From a virus (taxonomy: Duplodnaviria; Caudoviricetes), in IMG/VR virus record IMGVR_UViG_3300025070_000030, positions 1 to 61,489 of that record: a stretch of 61,489 nucleotides of DNA, one strand, 5' to 3'. The translations under genes were made by a program, and so were the position numbers. Each line of letters begins with the position of its first letter. The stretch's first letter is position 1. Positions 35,643 through 45,017 of this stretch are shown in pieces. The notes below the pieces were generated by a model. The model was not told where the DNA came from, did no database searches, and saw only the letters and a list, made by a program, of their open reading frames with translations.

Positions 35643-35944
35643 TGACTACGGACAGATACAAGAAATACAGACGTAGGCACTGGATAAGTATGTACAAGAT
35701 CAAGAAGGGATGCTCTGTGTGTGGTTACAATGAAGACCCCGTAGCCATGCACTTTGATCACAGAGACCCAAAGACTAAAAAGAAATCAATAGCGCACATG
35801 CTAGAGTATGCAATCAAAACGCTGATAGAGGAGATAAGAAAATGCGATGTTTTATGTGCAAACTGCCACTGCATAAAAACACACAGAGAACGTGTGTTGG
35901 ACGGAAGCCGACATGAGCAACCACCAAAACGAAGAGATACTTGA
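35642..35944 (+). CDS. HNH endonuclease (start MTTDRY)
   Basis: CSVCG...FDHRDP...LCANCH...H. Confidence 0.85.
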   Translation: MTTDRYKKYRRRHWISMYKIKKGCSVCGYNEDPVAMHFDHRDPKTKKKSIAHMLEYAIKTLIEEIRKCDVLCANCHCIKTHRERVLDGSRHEQPPKRRDT

Positions 35945-36062
35945 AAACCTGTACGATGAGGAGTATCGTCGTCTTGAAACAAAGTATCCACAATTACGTT
36001 CGGATCAAGTAGCCACGTTGGCTCGTTACTTTGCAAAGAAACGATGGGAGGACATGGAGTGA
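35913..36062 (+). CDS. Hypothetical 49-aa protein (not in ORF track)
   Basis: MSNHQNEEILENLYDEEY...; TGA overlaps the GTG start of the exonuclease. Confidence 0.55.
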   Translation: MSNHQNEEILENLYDEEYRRLETKYPQLRSDQVATLARYFAKKRWEDME

Positions 36063-36640
36063 ACGTACTGACGTTTGACGTGGAGACAACCCACACACAC
36101 AAGCCGTCCGGTGGCACCACTGCCCTGCCGTACTTTGGTAATCGTTTGGTTTCAATAGGTTACAAGTGGCTGGATGAGGAGCAGGTGTTCTACGACTGTT
36201 ACTATCACGAGACTGAGCCGCCCACACACAGCGCGGCAGAAGACTTTCAAACGTCTCTTGACTACGCCGATGTAGTTGTGGGACAAAACATCAAGTTTGA
36301 TTTATCGTGGATACGCGACTGCGGATTCAGATACACAGGAGACATCTATGATACTATGGTTGCAGAGTATGTTCTATCGAAAGCGCGGCGATGGCCTCTT
36401 GGACTTGCTGCTCTTGCAAAGAAGTATGACACGGTGCAAAAAGAGAAAGACCTCGTTGAGCCGTTTATGGCGGCGGGAAAAACCTTTTTCGAAATACCGT
36501 GGGAGATAGTAAAAGAGTACGGCATAGCTGACGTTGCAGCTACAGAGCAGATTGCTCTCAAGCAACTTGAAGCCTTTGGCACTACATTTGAGGAACTATA
36601 CAATGAACGATCTACTACCGACATTGCGTCTGTCGCTTGA
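36059..36640 (+). CDS. PolA 3'-5' exonuclease domain as a separate ORF
   Basis: FDVET (ExoI), NIKFD (ExoII), YGIADV (ExoIII). Confidence 0.85.
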   Translation: MNVLTFDVETTHTHKPSGGTTALPYFGNRLVSIGYKWLDEEQVFYDCYYHETEPPTHSAAEDFQTSLDYADVVVGQNIKFDLSWIRDCGFRYTGDIYDTMVAEYVLSKARRWPLGLAALAKKYDTVQKEKDLVEPFMAAGKTFFEIPWEIVKEYGIADVAATEQIALKQLEAFGTTFEELYNERSTTDIASVA

Positions 36641-38138
36641 GATGACTGACACACTGGCCCGCATCGAACGTAACGGGCTGCGTGTCAACCTAGACACACT
36701 GGACGAAATCGAAAAGCTGTACCAAGATGAGTTTGATGCGTTGGAGTTGCGTCTCAACGACATGGCCCGTGCAGCTATGGGGGACACACCCATCAGCCTG
36801 ACCAGTCCCGATGACAGGTCAATGCTGTTGTACTCACGCAAAGTCAAAGACAAAAAGTCTTGGGCATCTATGTTCAACTTGGGCATGGAGCAGCGTGGTG
36901 CCACAATGAAACCAAAGCAACGCACTCGTATGTCCGCCAAAGACTTTCGTATTTCTGTACGAAACAACACAGACGTGGTGTTCAAAACACGGGGTGAGCA
37001 GTGTCTTGCGTGTGTCGGTACAGGCCGTGTGCGTCCCGTACGTAAAGATGGCACACCAAGCAAAGCGTTGCGTGTTTGTAAGCAGTGCAGCGGCAAGGGC
37101 GTGATCTATCGGTCTACCGGTGAGGTGGCTGGGTTCAAGATGGTTCCACGCAACGTGCGTGACGTGGCGTCTGCTGGATTCAAAACAGACAAAGACACGT
37201 TGGCTGAACGCGAACTAGAACTGTCGGGTCCAGCCCGTGAGTTTGCATCTGCGTACGTGCGGTACAACGCACTGCGTATGTATCTTGGTACGTTTGTAGA
37301 GGGAATGAAAAACAATGTTGACGATCATGGTTTCATACATCCGGAATTCATGCAGTGTGTTACGGCGACGGGTCGCCTTTCGTCTCGCAATCCTAACTTT
37401 CAGAATATGCCACGAGGTAACACGTTTGAAATACGGAAGGTTGTGGAGAGTCGTTTCCCGCAGGGTAAGATTGTGGAGGGCGACTACTCGCAGTTGGAAT
37501 TCAGAGTCGCAGGATTCTTAGCCCACGACGATCAGGCGTATGCTGACGTAGAGGCTGGCACAGACGTACACAGCTACACTGCCAGCGTAATTGGCTGTTC
37601 ACGACAAGAGGCAAAGGCACACACCTTTAAGCCCCTGTACGGTGGCACTACGGGCACAGAGGCCCAACAACGCTACTACAGGGCGTTCAAAGAGAAATAT
37701 GGTGGGGTAGCCCTCTGGCATGAAGACCTCCAGCGAGAGGCCGTTGAAAAGCGTGTAGTGACGTTACCGTCTGGAAGACAGTATGCGTTCCCCGATGCGC
37801 GGTGGACAAAGTACGGCACAGCGACACACCGTACAAACATCTGTAATTATCCTGTGCAGGGCTTTGCAACGGCTGACCTGTTGCCCGCTGCACTGGTACG
37901 TTTGGACAAATTATTTCAAGAAAACGAACTGCAATCTGTCATCTGCAATACGGTACACGACTCTATTGTGTTGGACTGTCACCCTGATGAATTTAACATT
38001 TGTATCAGGCTGATGCGTGAAGCAATGCTGTCGTTACCTGAAGAAACAAAACGCAGATACGGTGTGACTTATGACATGCCTGTCGAAATTGAGATAAAAA
38101 GCGGCGATAATTGGCTTGACTTAACTGTCGTAGAGTAG
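36603..38138 (+). CDS. polA: Family A DNA polymerase domain with DnaJ-type zinc-finger insert
   Basis: CLACVGTG and CKQCSGKG; TGRLSS; DYSQLE; RQEAKAHTF; NYPVQG; VHDS. Confidence 0.92.
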   Translation: MNDLLPTLRLSLEMTDTLARIERNGLRVNLDTLDEIEKLYQDEFDALELRLNDMARAAMGDTPISLTSPDDRSMLLYSRKVKDKKSWASMFNLGMEQRGATMKPKQRTRMSAKDFRISVRNNTDVVFKTRGEQCLACVGTGRVRPVRKDGTPSKALRVCKQCSGKGVIYRSTGEVAGFKMVPRNVRDVASAGFKTDKDTLAERELELSGPAREFASAYVRYNALRMYLGTFVEGMKNNVDDHGFIHPEFMQCVTATGRLSSRNPNFQNMPRGNTFEIRKVVESRFPQGKIVEGDYSQLEFRVAGFLAHDDQAYADVEAGTDVHSYTASVIGCSRQEAKAHTFKPLYGGTTGTEAQQRYYRAFKEKYGGVALWHEDLQREAVEKRVVTLPSGRQYAFPDARWTKYGTATHRTNICNYPVQGFATADLLPAALVRLDKLFQENELQSVICNTVHDSIVLDCHPDEFNICIRLMREAMLSLPEETKRRYGVTYDMPVEIEIKSGDNWLDLTVVE

Positions 38139-38144
38139 TAGTAT
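38116..38144 (+). promoter_or_regulatory. Sigma70-type promoter
   Basis: TTGACT-17 nt-TAGTAT, upstream of an AAGGAG RBS. Confidence 0.65.
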
Positions 38145-38183
38145 CAATTCACTAACCCTAAATGCAAAGGAGATTTACGGATC

Positions 38184-39056
38184 ATGCTTGGGAACGAACT
38201 AATGGAAATGGACAACGATCTTGATAGCATCGTGGCAGCAATGTCTAGCGATAACGTCGAGGAGATGATGAAGCTTACTGGTCAGGGCGGTGCCGTGACA
38301 GAGAAGGTAGGACTGCCTCGTCTTAACATTAACTACGATCAAGAGACAGACGATGGTCACAACCTCACACGGGGTGACTGGAAGATGTATCTTGACGGAC
38401 GCTTTATCTTTGCAAAAGAGGTAAAGCTACGTGCGCTGCTGCGTACCTACGAGTACAGTATGTGGGATGCAGAGGCAAACGAAGGCAAGGGTGGATTCTC
38501 CTGCAAGTCAGTACAGAAGACATCCTTTGGGGGAATGTTCCCCGACACGCAGGGCGGCAACAAGTGTGGTCGTCTGACTCGTGACGAAGAAGACGCACTA
38601 GATAAGGATGATCATCGTTATCTAACCTCCCGTGCGGTGGTATGCAATCAGGTAATCTACGGACGTATCAGTGGTGAATTCACTGAGGCGGACGGAACTC
38701 CTTGTATTGTCTCAGACGAGCCTGTCATTGCATACTTCAAGCGTTCTGGTTTCAAACCAATCTCTGACTTCATTCAGGGTTTGACGAAGCAGAACAAGTT
38801 GATGGCACAGACATCTATCCTTCTGCGTACAAATAAGCAAAAGAAGGGCAGCGTGACGTACTGGACGCCTATGCCAACCTTTGAAAGCACTGTGTCTATC
38901 ACAGATGCGGACAAAGAGTTGATGGGCACCTTTGCGGAAACGGTCAAGGGTCACAACGAAAATGTTATGAACGGACATCGTGAAGCATTGAAACTTATGT
39001 CAGATGATGCAGACATTGATCTGGCGGCAGACTTTGCTGATGCTGACGCTGCTTAA
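38184..39056 (+). CDS. Putative single-stranded DNA-binding protein
   Basis: Position after pol, beta-rich core, acidic tail. Confidence 0.55.
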   Translation: MLGNELMEMDNDLDSIVAAMSSDNVEEMMKLTGQGGAVTEKVGLPRLNINYDQETDDGHNLTRGDWKMYLDGRFIFAKEVKLRALLRTYEYSMWDAEANEGKGGFSCKSVQKTSFGGMFPDTQGGNKCGRLTRDEEDALDKDDHRYLTSRAVVCNQVIYGRISGEFTEADGTPCIVSDEPVIAYFKRSGFKPISDFIQGLTKQNKLMAQTSILLRTNKQKKGSVTYWTPMPTFESTVSITDADKELMGTFAETVKGHNENVMNGHREALKLMSDDADIDLAADFADADAA

Positions 39057-39933
39057 CATTCAAGACTATATGTCTAAGGCTTTGCGGGGGGAGACTAGTG
39101 TTTCCCCCGCAGGTCTTTCTGAATTTGTAAACGACACAAAGTATTCTGTGGAGCGGCAGCTTACCGACAAGCGTGGTGAGTACCGTATCCGTATGTCTGG
39201 TTTGGGACGGCCCCTGTGTCAGCAGGTGCTAGACAAGCACGGCATCAAAGAGTCGATGCAGTACAACACACTGTTTCGTTTTTTGTTTGGGGATATAACG
39301 GAAGCCATACTCATGCTGGTGATGAAAGAAGCCGGTGTGGACATCGTGGACTCTCAGCGAGAGGTTGAACTCAAGCTGGGTGGACATACTATCAAGGGAA
39401 CGCTTGACGTAATCATACGAGATGAAACCGGCACAGAGAAAGTGTGGGACATCAAGTCTGCAAGCGACTGGGCATTCAAAAACAAATTCACTGGGTTCGG
39501 TGGCTACGATGGATTAAAAGAAGACGATCCGTTTGGCTACGTGATGCAGGGTTACTTGTACTCTGCCGCCACTGGTATGCCGTTTGGTGGGTGGATTGTA
39601 GTCAACAAGTCTAGTGGTGAGGTAGCCGTGGTTGAGGCTCCTGACTGGCAAGACGAGGATCGTGCCAAATATTTGGCGGATGCAGAAGAGCGTGTCAAGT
39701 TTTTGACAGATCCAAAGGTAGAGCCATTCAGGCCGTACTCTGATGAGTTTGAAACGTACAGACGCAAGGGTGAGACTTTGCGTACTGGAAACAAGGTGTT
39801 AGCAAAAGAGTGCAACCTGTGTGGATACCGGCAGCACTGCTGGCCCGACGCACAACTACACGCCCGTGTAACATCCCAAGCCAAGTCTCCACCACAAGTC
39901 TGGTACACACGCCTCAAAACAAAGGAACTGTGA
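39040..39933 (+). CDS. PD-(D/E)XK (Cas4/RecB-like) exonuclease
   Basis: RMSGLGRP, GTLD...WDIKS, Q..LY, C..C.Y...C. Confidence 0.8.
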   Translation: MLTLLNIQDYMSKALRGETSVSPAGLSEFVNDTKYSVERQLTDKRGEYRIRMSGLGRPLCQQVLDKHGIKESMQYNTLFRFLFGDITEAILMLVMKEAGVDIVDSQREVELKLGGHTIKGTLDVIIRDETGTEKVWDIKSASDWAFKNKFTGFGGYDGLKEDDPFGYVMQGYLYSAATGMPFGGWIVVNKSSGEVAVVEAPDWQDEDRAKYLADAEERVKFLTDPKVEPFRPYSDEFETYRRKGETLRTGNKVLAKECNLCGYRQHCWPDAQLHARVTSQAKSPPQVWYTRLKTKEL

Positions 39934-39934
39934 T

Positions 39935-40315
39935 ATGCCGTACTTGTTTGTGCGTGACTACGAAGTTGAGTTGATGGAGATGAACAAAGAACTCCACCAC
40001 ATATACGTTGAAGCCCACAGGGGCGGTGGTGGTGAGCGTAAAATAGTGTACCTACGACAAAACGAACGAGGGCTTCCGCTGACGTTGCGAGATAATTACT
40101 CCAACATGGGTGACCTATCTTCCAACACAGAGAAGCGTGATATAACTACCGTTGAATCTGAACTACAGAAGATAGGAAGATTGTCTCAATCTGGAGTTAT
40201 TGTATGCGTACCACTGAACCGTTTGACAAACGAACTCACCACAGTAGAAAAACTTTCCCCAAAAGTGGCAGGGTACGTGATAAAAAGAATGGGATCAATA
40301 GGAATGCAAATATGA
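39935..40315 (+). CDS. Hypothetical protein
   Basis: Tightly packed ORF. Confidence 0.65.
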   Translation: MPYLFVRDYEVELMEMNKELHHIYVEAHRGGGGERKIVYLRQNERGLPLTLRDNYSNMGDLSSNTEKRDITTVESELQKIGRLSQSGVIVCVPLNRLTNELTTVEKLSPKVAGYVIKRMGSIGMQI

Positions 40316-40701
40316 AACGGAGTTCCGCTAGTAAGGCGGGCTTCCGTTCAAACTTTGAACTGGGCATAGCCCGCTCGTTAGGTAACAAGGCAGTGCCCTA
40401 CGAGTATGAAAACGTCAAACTAACGTACGTACCAAAGCCTCGCACATACACTCCTGACTTCTACCTTGTAGAGCAGGATATTTTTATTGAGGCAAAAGGG
40501 TACCTAGACAAATCAGATCGTGTCAAGATGCAGCTAATCAAAGAACAGCATCCTGATCTAGACATACGGTTTGTTTTCCAAAACGCACAAAACAAGATTT
40601 ACAGAGGCAGCAAAACCACGTATGCTAGGTGGGCTGAACGCTACAATTTCAGATGGGCTGAAGGTAGCATACCAGAGGAGTGGTTGAAGAATGGCGATTG
40701 A
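40312..40701 (+). CDS. T7 endonuclease I-like Holliday-junction resolvase
   Basis: FRSNFE, YTPDF, IEAKG, HPDLDIRFVF. Confidence 0.9.
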   Translation: MKRSSASKAGFRSNFELGIARSLGNKAVPYEYENVKLTYVPKPRTYTPDFYLVEQDIFIEAKGYLDKSDRVKMQLIKEQHPDLDIRFVFQNAQNKIYRGSKTTYARWAERYNFRWAEGSIPEEWLKNGD

Positions 40702-41023
40702 TGAGGGTGATTTTGAACGGGCGAGTCTGCTGCCCGATAGATGGTATGTTATCTTGCGCAAGGTGGATGAAGAAAGCTTTTCCATCTCTGCGTACGATAC
40801 CACTGCCGAAGAAGACGAAGAGTTTTACGAGGCTGGTACGGTTGTAATCAACGGCGTCATGGAGTTGCTTGAGTCTGACTTTGAGCGAGTAATGCAAGCA
40901 GGTATGGCACGGCTGGCGTTTGATCATGTCAAGGAAAGTCTGACTAAAGATGACGACGGCCCAACAGTAAAGCATGAAGAAGGAACCAACATAGTCAAGA
41001 TAGACTTTGGTAAAGTGCAATGA
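40691..41023 (+). CDS. Hypothetical acidic protein
   Basis: GAGGAG upstream; ends NIVKIDF. Confidence 0.65.
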   Translation: MAIDEGDFERASLLPDRWYVILRKVDEESFSISAYDTTAEEDEEFYEAGTVVINGVMELLESDFERVMQAGMARLAFDHVKESLTKDDDGPTVKHEEGTNIVKIDFGKVQ

Positions 41024-41355
41024 TTAAGAACAACTGGAACTTGAACAACTATCAGCGGCAAGCAAAAGAAACCGCCATATACCCTGAGAACTCCAAGATA
41101 GTTTATCCTGCGTTGGGTCTAGCGGGAGAGGCCGGTGAAGTTGCTGACAAGGTGAAGAAGACCATTCGTGACGGACGTAATGATGCGGAGTATTACCATC
41201 AAATTGCAAAAGAACTGGGTGACGTACTTTGGTATTGCGCCGTTCTTGCAGATGACTTAGGATACTCGTTACAGCAAATTGCAGAGATGAACGTGTACAA
41301 GCTGCAAGCCCGTAAGGTTATGGGTACAATAGGCGGTGACGGAGATGACCGATGA
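41020..41355 (+). CDS. mazG: MazG-like NTP pyrophosphohydrolase
   Basis: LGLAGEAGEV...KELGDVLWY. Confidence 0.85.
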   Translation: MIKNNWNLNNYQRQAKETAIYPENSKIVYPALGLAGEAGEVADKVKKTIRDGRNDAEYYHQIAKELGDVLWYCAVLADDLGYSLQQIAEMNVYKLQARKVMGTIGGDGDDR

Positions 41356-41612
41356 GACATGAAGAATATATGAAGAAAGCAGGGCAAGCCAATGATAACG
41401 TCAATCACCCGCCACACTACAATCAAGCAGGTATCGAATGCCTTGATGCAATCGCGGCGGCGACAGGCGACGGCTTCGAACACTACCTGCAAGGAAACAT
41501 CCTCAAGTATCTCTGGAGATACAGATACAAAAACGGGCTTGAAGACCTCAAGAAAGCCCAGTTCTACCTCAACAGATTAGTAAAAGAAAAAGAAGGACAA
41601 GACAATGAATAA
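41352..41612 (+). CDS. DUF3310 protein (T7 gp1.7-like nucleotide kinase family)
   Basis: VNHPPHY...ECLDAI...GNILKYLWRY..KNGLEDLKKA. Confidence 0.8.
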   Translation: MRHEEYMKKAGQANDNVNHPPHYNQAGIECLDAIAAATGDGFEHYLQGNILKYLWRYRYKNGLEDLKKAQFYLNRLVKEKEGQDNE

Positions 41613-43533
41613 TCTACTACCCACACCCTACCAAGAATTTATCCACAAGTCTCGCTATGCTCGTTGGCTAGAAGACGAGGGACGCCGTGAAAACTTTGAT
41701 GAAACAGTTGATCGGTACGTTAACTTTATGGTCAACCAAGTCAAAGGCAAGTGCAACTACGACTTGCCCGCTGCAGACGTAGAGGACTTGCGTGAGGCTA
41801 TCCTCAATCTTGAGGTGATGCCGTCTATGCGGGCTATGATGACTTCTGGGCCAGCGTTGGCACGGGACAATATCAGCGGCTACAACTGTAGCTACATTCC
41901 TGTAGACAGCCCTCGTTCGTTTGATGAGTGTATGTACATTCTTATGTGTGGCACGGGCGTGGGCTTCTCTGTTGAACGAGAGAACGTCGAAAAGCTGCCA
42001 GTTATTTCAGACAACTTTCACGAGTCTGACACTGTAATCAAAGTGGGAGACAGCAAGCCGGGGTGGGCAAAGGCATACCGCGAGTTGATTGCTCTGCTTT
42101 ACGCTGGACAAATCCCAGAGATAGACACGTCTGCTGTACGTGCTGCAGGTGAACGCCTCAAGACTATGGGTGGCCGTGCGTCTGGTCCGCAGCCCCTGCT
42201 CGACCTGTTCAACTTTACCATTGAGACATTCAAAAAGGCACACGGACGCAAGCTGTTTCCGATCGAGTGTCACGATCTTATGTGCAAAGTAGGAGAGATT
42301 GTCGTGGTGGGTGGTGTACGTCGCTCTGCCCTGATCAGCCTGTCTAATTTAAACGACGATCAAATGGCACACGCCAAGTCCGGTATGTGGTGGGAGAACG
42401 AGGGCCAACGTGCCCTAGCTAACAACTCTGTAGCGTACAAGGGTAAGCCAGAGATGGGTACCTTTATGCGTGAGTGGGTGTCGCTGTACGAATCTAAGTC
42501 CGGTGAGCGTGGTATCTTTAACCGCCAAGCTGCAGACATACAGGTGGGCCGCAACGGACGCCGTGAGCAGGGTCACATGTGGGGAACAAACCCCTGCAGC
42601 GAGATCATCCTACGTCCATACCAGTTCTGTAATTTGTCAGAGGTGGTGGTGCGCGAGTCTGACACGCTCAAGACTTTGAAGCGCAAGGTACGCTTGGCAA
42701 CCATCTTGGGAACCATGCAGTCCACACTCACTGATTTCAAATACCTGCGTAAAGTGTGGAAGGACAACACAGAAGAAGAACGTCTACTTGGTGTGTCACT
42801 GACTGGCATCATGGATCACTCCGTCCTGTCCAAAAACGTGGACAGCAAGCGTTGGCTTGAGGAGATGAAACAAGAAGCAGTGGACACAAACAAAGAGTAT
42901 GCGGAGATGTTTGGTATACCTGTGTCTGCCGCCATCACGTGTGTAAAGCCCAGCGGAACTGTGTCACAGCTTGTTGATGCAGCCAGCGGTATCCATGCCC
43001 GTCACAACGATCACTACGTGCGTACTGTGCGCGGGGACAACAAAGACCCACTTACACAGTTTTTGATGGACTCTGGCGTACCTGCAGAGCGTTGTGTGAT
43101 GAAGCCAGACTCAACTGTTGTGTTTTCTTTTCCGATGAAGTCGCCGGATGGTGCTGTCACTCGTACAGAGACTACTGCTGTTGAGCAGCTAGAACTGTGG
43201 AAAACATACGCTCTGCACTGGTGTGAACACAAACCGTCTATCACTGTCACTGTCAAAGAAGACGAGTGGATGGAAGTTGGTGCGTGGGTGTACGACAACT
43301 TTGACGTGGCATCTGGCGTGTCGTTCCTTCCGTTCTCTGATCACACGTATCAACAGGCACCATATCAAGACATAGAGCCTGATGAATATCTGGAATGGAA
43401 AGACCGTATGTCATACGTCAACATTGATTGGTCACGTCTGCAGGACTTTGAAAAGGAAGACACCACCACAGGCTCACGGGAGTTGGCATGTACTGCCGGG
43501 GTGTGTGAAGTCGTTGACTTGAATGCAGCGTAA
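41605..43533 (+). CDS. nrdJ: Class II (adenosylcobalamin-dependent) ribonucleotide reductase
   Basis: YNCS, GTNPCSEI, TCVKPSGT, C-terminal C....C; no beta-subunit gene seen. Confidence 0.88.
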   Translation: MNNLLPTPYQEFIHKSRYARWLEDEGRRENFDETVDRYVNFMVNQVKGKCNYDLPAADVEDLREAILNLEVMPSMRAMMTSGPALARDNISGYNCSYIPVDSPRSFDECMYILMCGTGVGFSVERENVEKLPVISDNFHESDTVIKVGDSKPGWAKAYRELIALLYAGQIPEIDTSAVRAAGERLKTMGGRASGPQPLLDLFNFTIETFKKAHGRKLFPIECHDLMCKVGEIVVVGGVRRSALISLSNLNDDQMAHAKSGMWWENEGQRALANNSVAYKGKPEMGTFMREWVSLYESKSGERGIFNRQAADIQVGRNGRREQGHMWGTNPCSEIILRPYQFCNLSEVVVRESDTLKTLKRKVRLATILGTMQSTLTDFKYLRKVWKDNTEEERLLGVSLTGIMDHSVLSKNVDSKRWLEEMKQEAVDTNKEYAEMFGIPVSAAITCVKPSGTVSQLVDAASGIHARHNDHYVRTVRGDNKDPLTQFLMDSGVPAERCVMKPDSTVVFSFPMKSPDGAVTRTETTAVEQLELWKTYALHWCEHKPSITVTVKEDEWMEVGAWVYDNFDVASGVSFLPFSDHTYQQAPYQDIEPDEYLEWKDRMSYVNIDWSRLQDFEKEDTTTGSRELACTAGVCEVVDLNAA

Positions 43534-43585
43534 AATACGTCACAACGTGTAAATTCTACTTATCAGTTGTAGCGTATAAGATGTA

Positions 43586-43659
43586 GGGGTGTAACTTAAA
43601 TGGCTAGAGTATCTGTATACGTTCAGAAGTGTGCGGGTTCAAATCCCGCCGCCCCGCCA
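43586..43659 (+). tRNA. Degenerate tRNA-like gene, possibly derived from tRNA-Arg(ACG)
   Basis: D arm ACTT/GAGT, T arm GCGGG-TTCAAAT-CCCGC, encoded CCA; 6-bp acceptor stem and anticodon arm 1 nt short. Confidence 0.55.
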
Positions 43660-43711
43660 ATTTTATGTTAACAAAGCGAAGGTTTCTTAACAGATGAACG
43701 CAGCCGCTGTT

Positions 43712-43744
43712 GTGTGTGAAGTGGTAGACCTTAATGCCGCCTAA
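43712..43744 (+). repeat. Recoded duplicate of the RNR 3' end (43501..43533)
   Basis: Both encode VCEVVDLNAA-stop with different synonymous codons. Confidence 0.9.
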
Positions 43745-43865
43745 ACAAAACAAACCACTTGTGTGGAAGCGGGGAGTAGACTATATTATCTACAATCCGC
43801 CACGCAAGTCGGAACAAACTGAAGAATGGAAGAAGGTAAAGGACAAAGATAATGACAGACAGTAA
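43734..43865 (+). CDS. Hypothetical 43-aa protein (not in ORF track)
   Basis: MPPKQNKPLVWKRGVDYIIYNPPRKSEQ...; overlaps the next gene. Confidence 0.5.
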   Translation: MPPKQNKPLVWKRGVDYIIYNPPRKSEQTEEWKKVKDKDNDRQ

Positions 43866-44079
43866 AGAATCTGTAATCAACATTGACGACAAAGAATACT
43901 CGCTTGATGATTTAGATGACAATCAGCGATATCTACTTATGCAAGTACAAGATGTAACAAATAACATACGCAGCTTAAACATGAAGATAGAGCAGTCACA
44001 AGCAGCACTGAATGTGTTCAGAGACACTCTTGTTAGGTCCATAAAAGAGACAGATGATACAAGTCAAGATAACTCCTAG
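43852..44079 (+). CDS. Small coiled-coil protein
   Basis: AAGGA RBS; INIDDKEY.LDDL. Confidence 0.65.
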   Translation: MTDSKESVINIDDKEYSLDDLDDNQRYLLMQVQDVTNNIRSLNMKIEQSQAALNVFRDTLVRSIKETDDTSQDNS

Positions 44080-44542
44080 TATAATTAGTCGCGCCAAAAA
44101 GAAAGCCGCCACTGTAGGTAATCTACAGGGCAGCATCACTGGTAGCTTGAGTCATGTCGTGGGTGCGATAGGCGAGATCATTGTAGCCGATGCAATGGGT
44201 GCTAACGAGTCTAACACCTACGACTACGATTTGGTGAGGGACGGGGAGCGTATTGACGTGAAAACGAAACGCTGCAACACCCGTCCCTTTCCACACTACG
44301 ATTGTTCGGTGGCTGCACACGGGACCAACCAAAACTGTGACAGTTATGTTTTTGTTCGTATTCTTACTGACACATCTCGTGCGTGGATATTAGGTTCCAT
44401 ACCAAAACAAGATTTCTACACAAAGGCAACAAAGTATAAACGGGGCGACGTAGACCCCGCAAACGGTTTTACATTCAAAGCCGATTGTTACAATCTACCT
44501 ATTAGTGAGTTATCTGATGTCCAAAAAAGCGAAGCTGTTTAA
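44054..44542 (+). CDS. Restriction-endonuclease-like (PD-(D/E)XK) protein
   Basis: GAIGE...YDYDL...IDVKTK. Confidence 0.6.
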   Translation: MIQVKITPSIISRAKKKAATVGNLQGSITGSLSHVVGAIGEIIVADAMGANESNTYDYDLVRDGERIDVKTKRCNTRPFPHYDCSVAAHGTNQNCDSYVFVRILTDTSRAWILGSIPKQDFYTKATKYKRGDVDPANGFTFKADCYNLPISELSDVQKSEAV

Positions 44543-44732
44543 CTTCGAAGTGAATCTCATGCAAGACGGTAAACTTGAACTGGTCTGCGATTGTGTCAAT
44601 CCAGAGGAGTTTGAGAAAACAATGAACAGCGGGTTGCCAGAGTATGACGGCGCACACTCAATAGCAACCCTGCTTCGTTACGTCAAATCTATGTCAGATG
44701 AGATCATAGAGAAGTCAGGCAAGTACGTTTAG
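44517..44732 (+). CDS. Hypothetical protein, last gene of the replication module
   Basis: Stop overlaps the stop of the convergent gene. Confidence 0.6.
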   Translation: MSKKAKLFNFEVNLMQDGKLELVCDCVNPEEFEKTMNSGLPEYDGAHSIATLLRYVKSMSDEIIEKSGKYV

Positions 44733-45016
44733 CTTTTGCCTTTGCCGTCTGCGGCGTAAAACGGAACCATATCACCGGCCTTGTTCTTTACCATCTTTAG
44801 CTTGCCGCCGTCAGCCATCATTGGCATCTTTGGCTTTTGCATGGTTTGATTTTGCATCATGTTTTGTTGACCTTGTGTTGCGGTCATCATGCCCCCCGCT
44901 TGAGCCTTCTTGCGGGGTTTCTTTTTGGTTGCCATTCCGCCGTACATCATTGGCTTGCGCTTTGCAGCACCGCCGTACATCATGCCTTTGCGTTGGCCGT
45001 TAGTGTAAGTTTTCAT
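44729..45016 (-). CDS. Small basic Met/Gly-rich protein, probably virion-internal
   Basis: Repeated MMYGG, AQAGG, MADGG; GGAG RBS. Confidence 0.65.
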   Translation of the reverse strand: MKTYTNGQRKGMMYGGAAKRKPMMYGGMATKKKPRKKAQAGGMMTATQGQQNMMQNQTMQKPKMPMMADGGKLKMVKNKAGDMVPFYAADGKGKS

Positions 45017-45017
45017 G

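Noticed and set aside
36590-36640. Intron or intein explaining the polymerase split
   Set aside because: No intervening sequence; the two ORFs overlap directly and no splicing motifs are evident.
39040-39933. CRISPR-associated Cas4
   Set aside because: Ordinary phage replication-module exonuclease; no cas1/cas2 or array.
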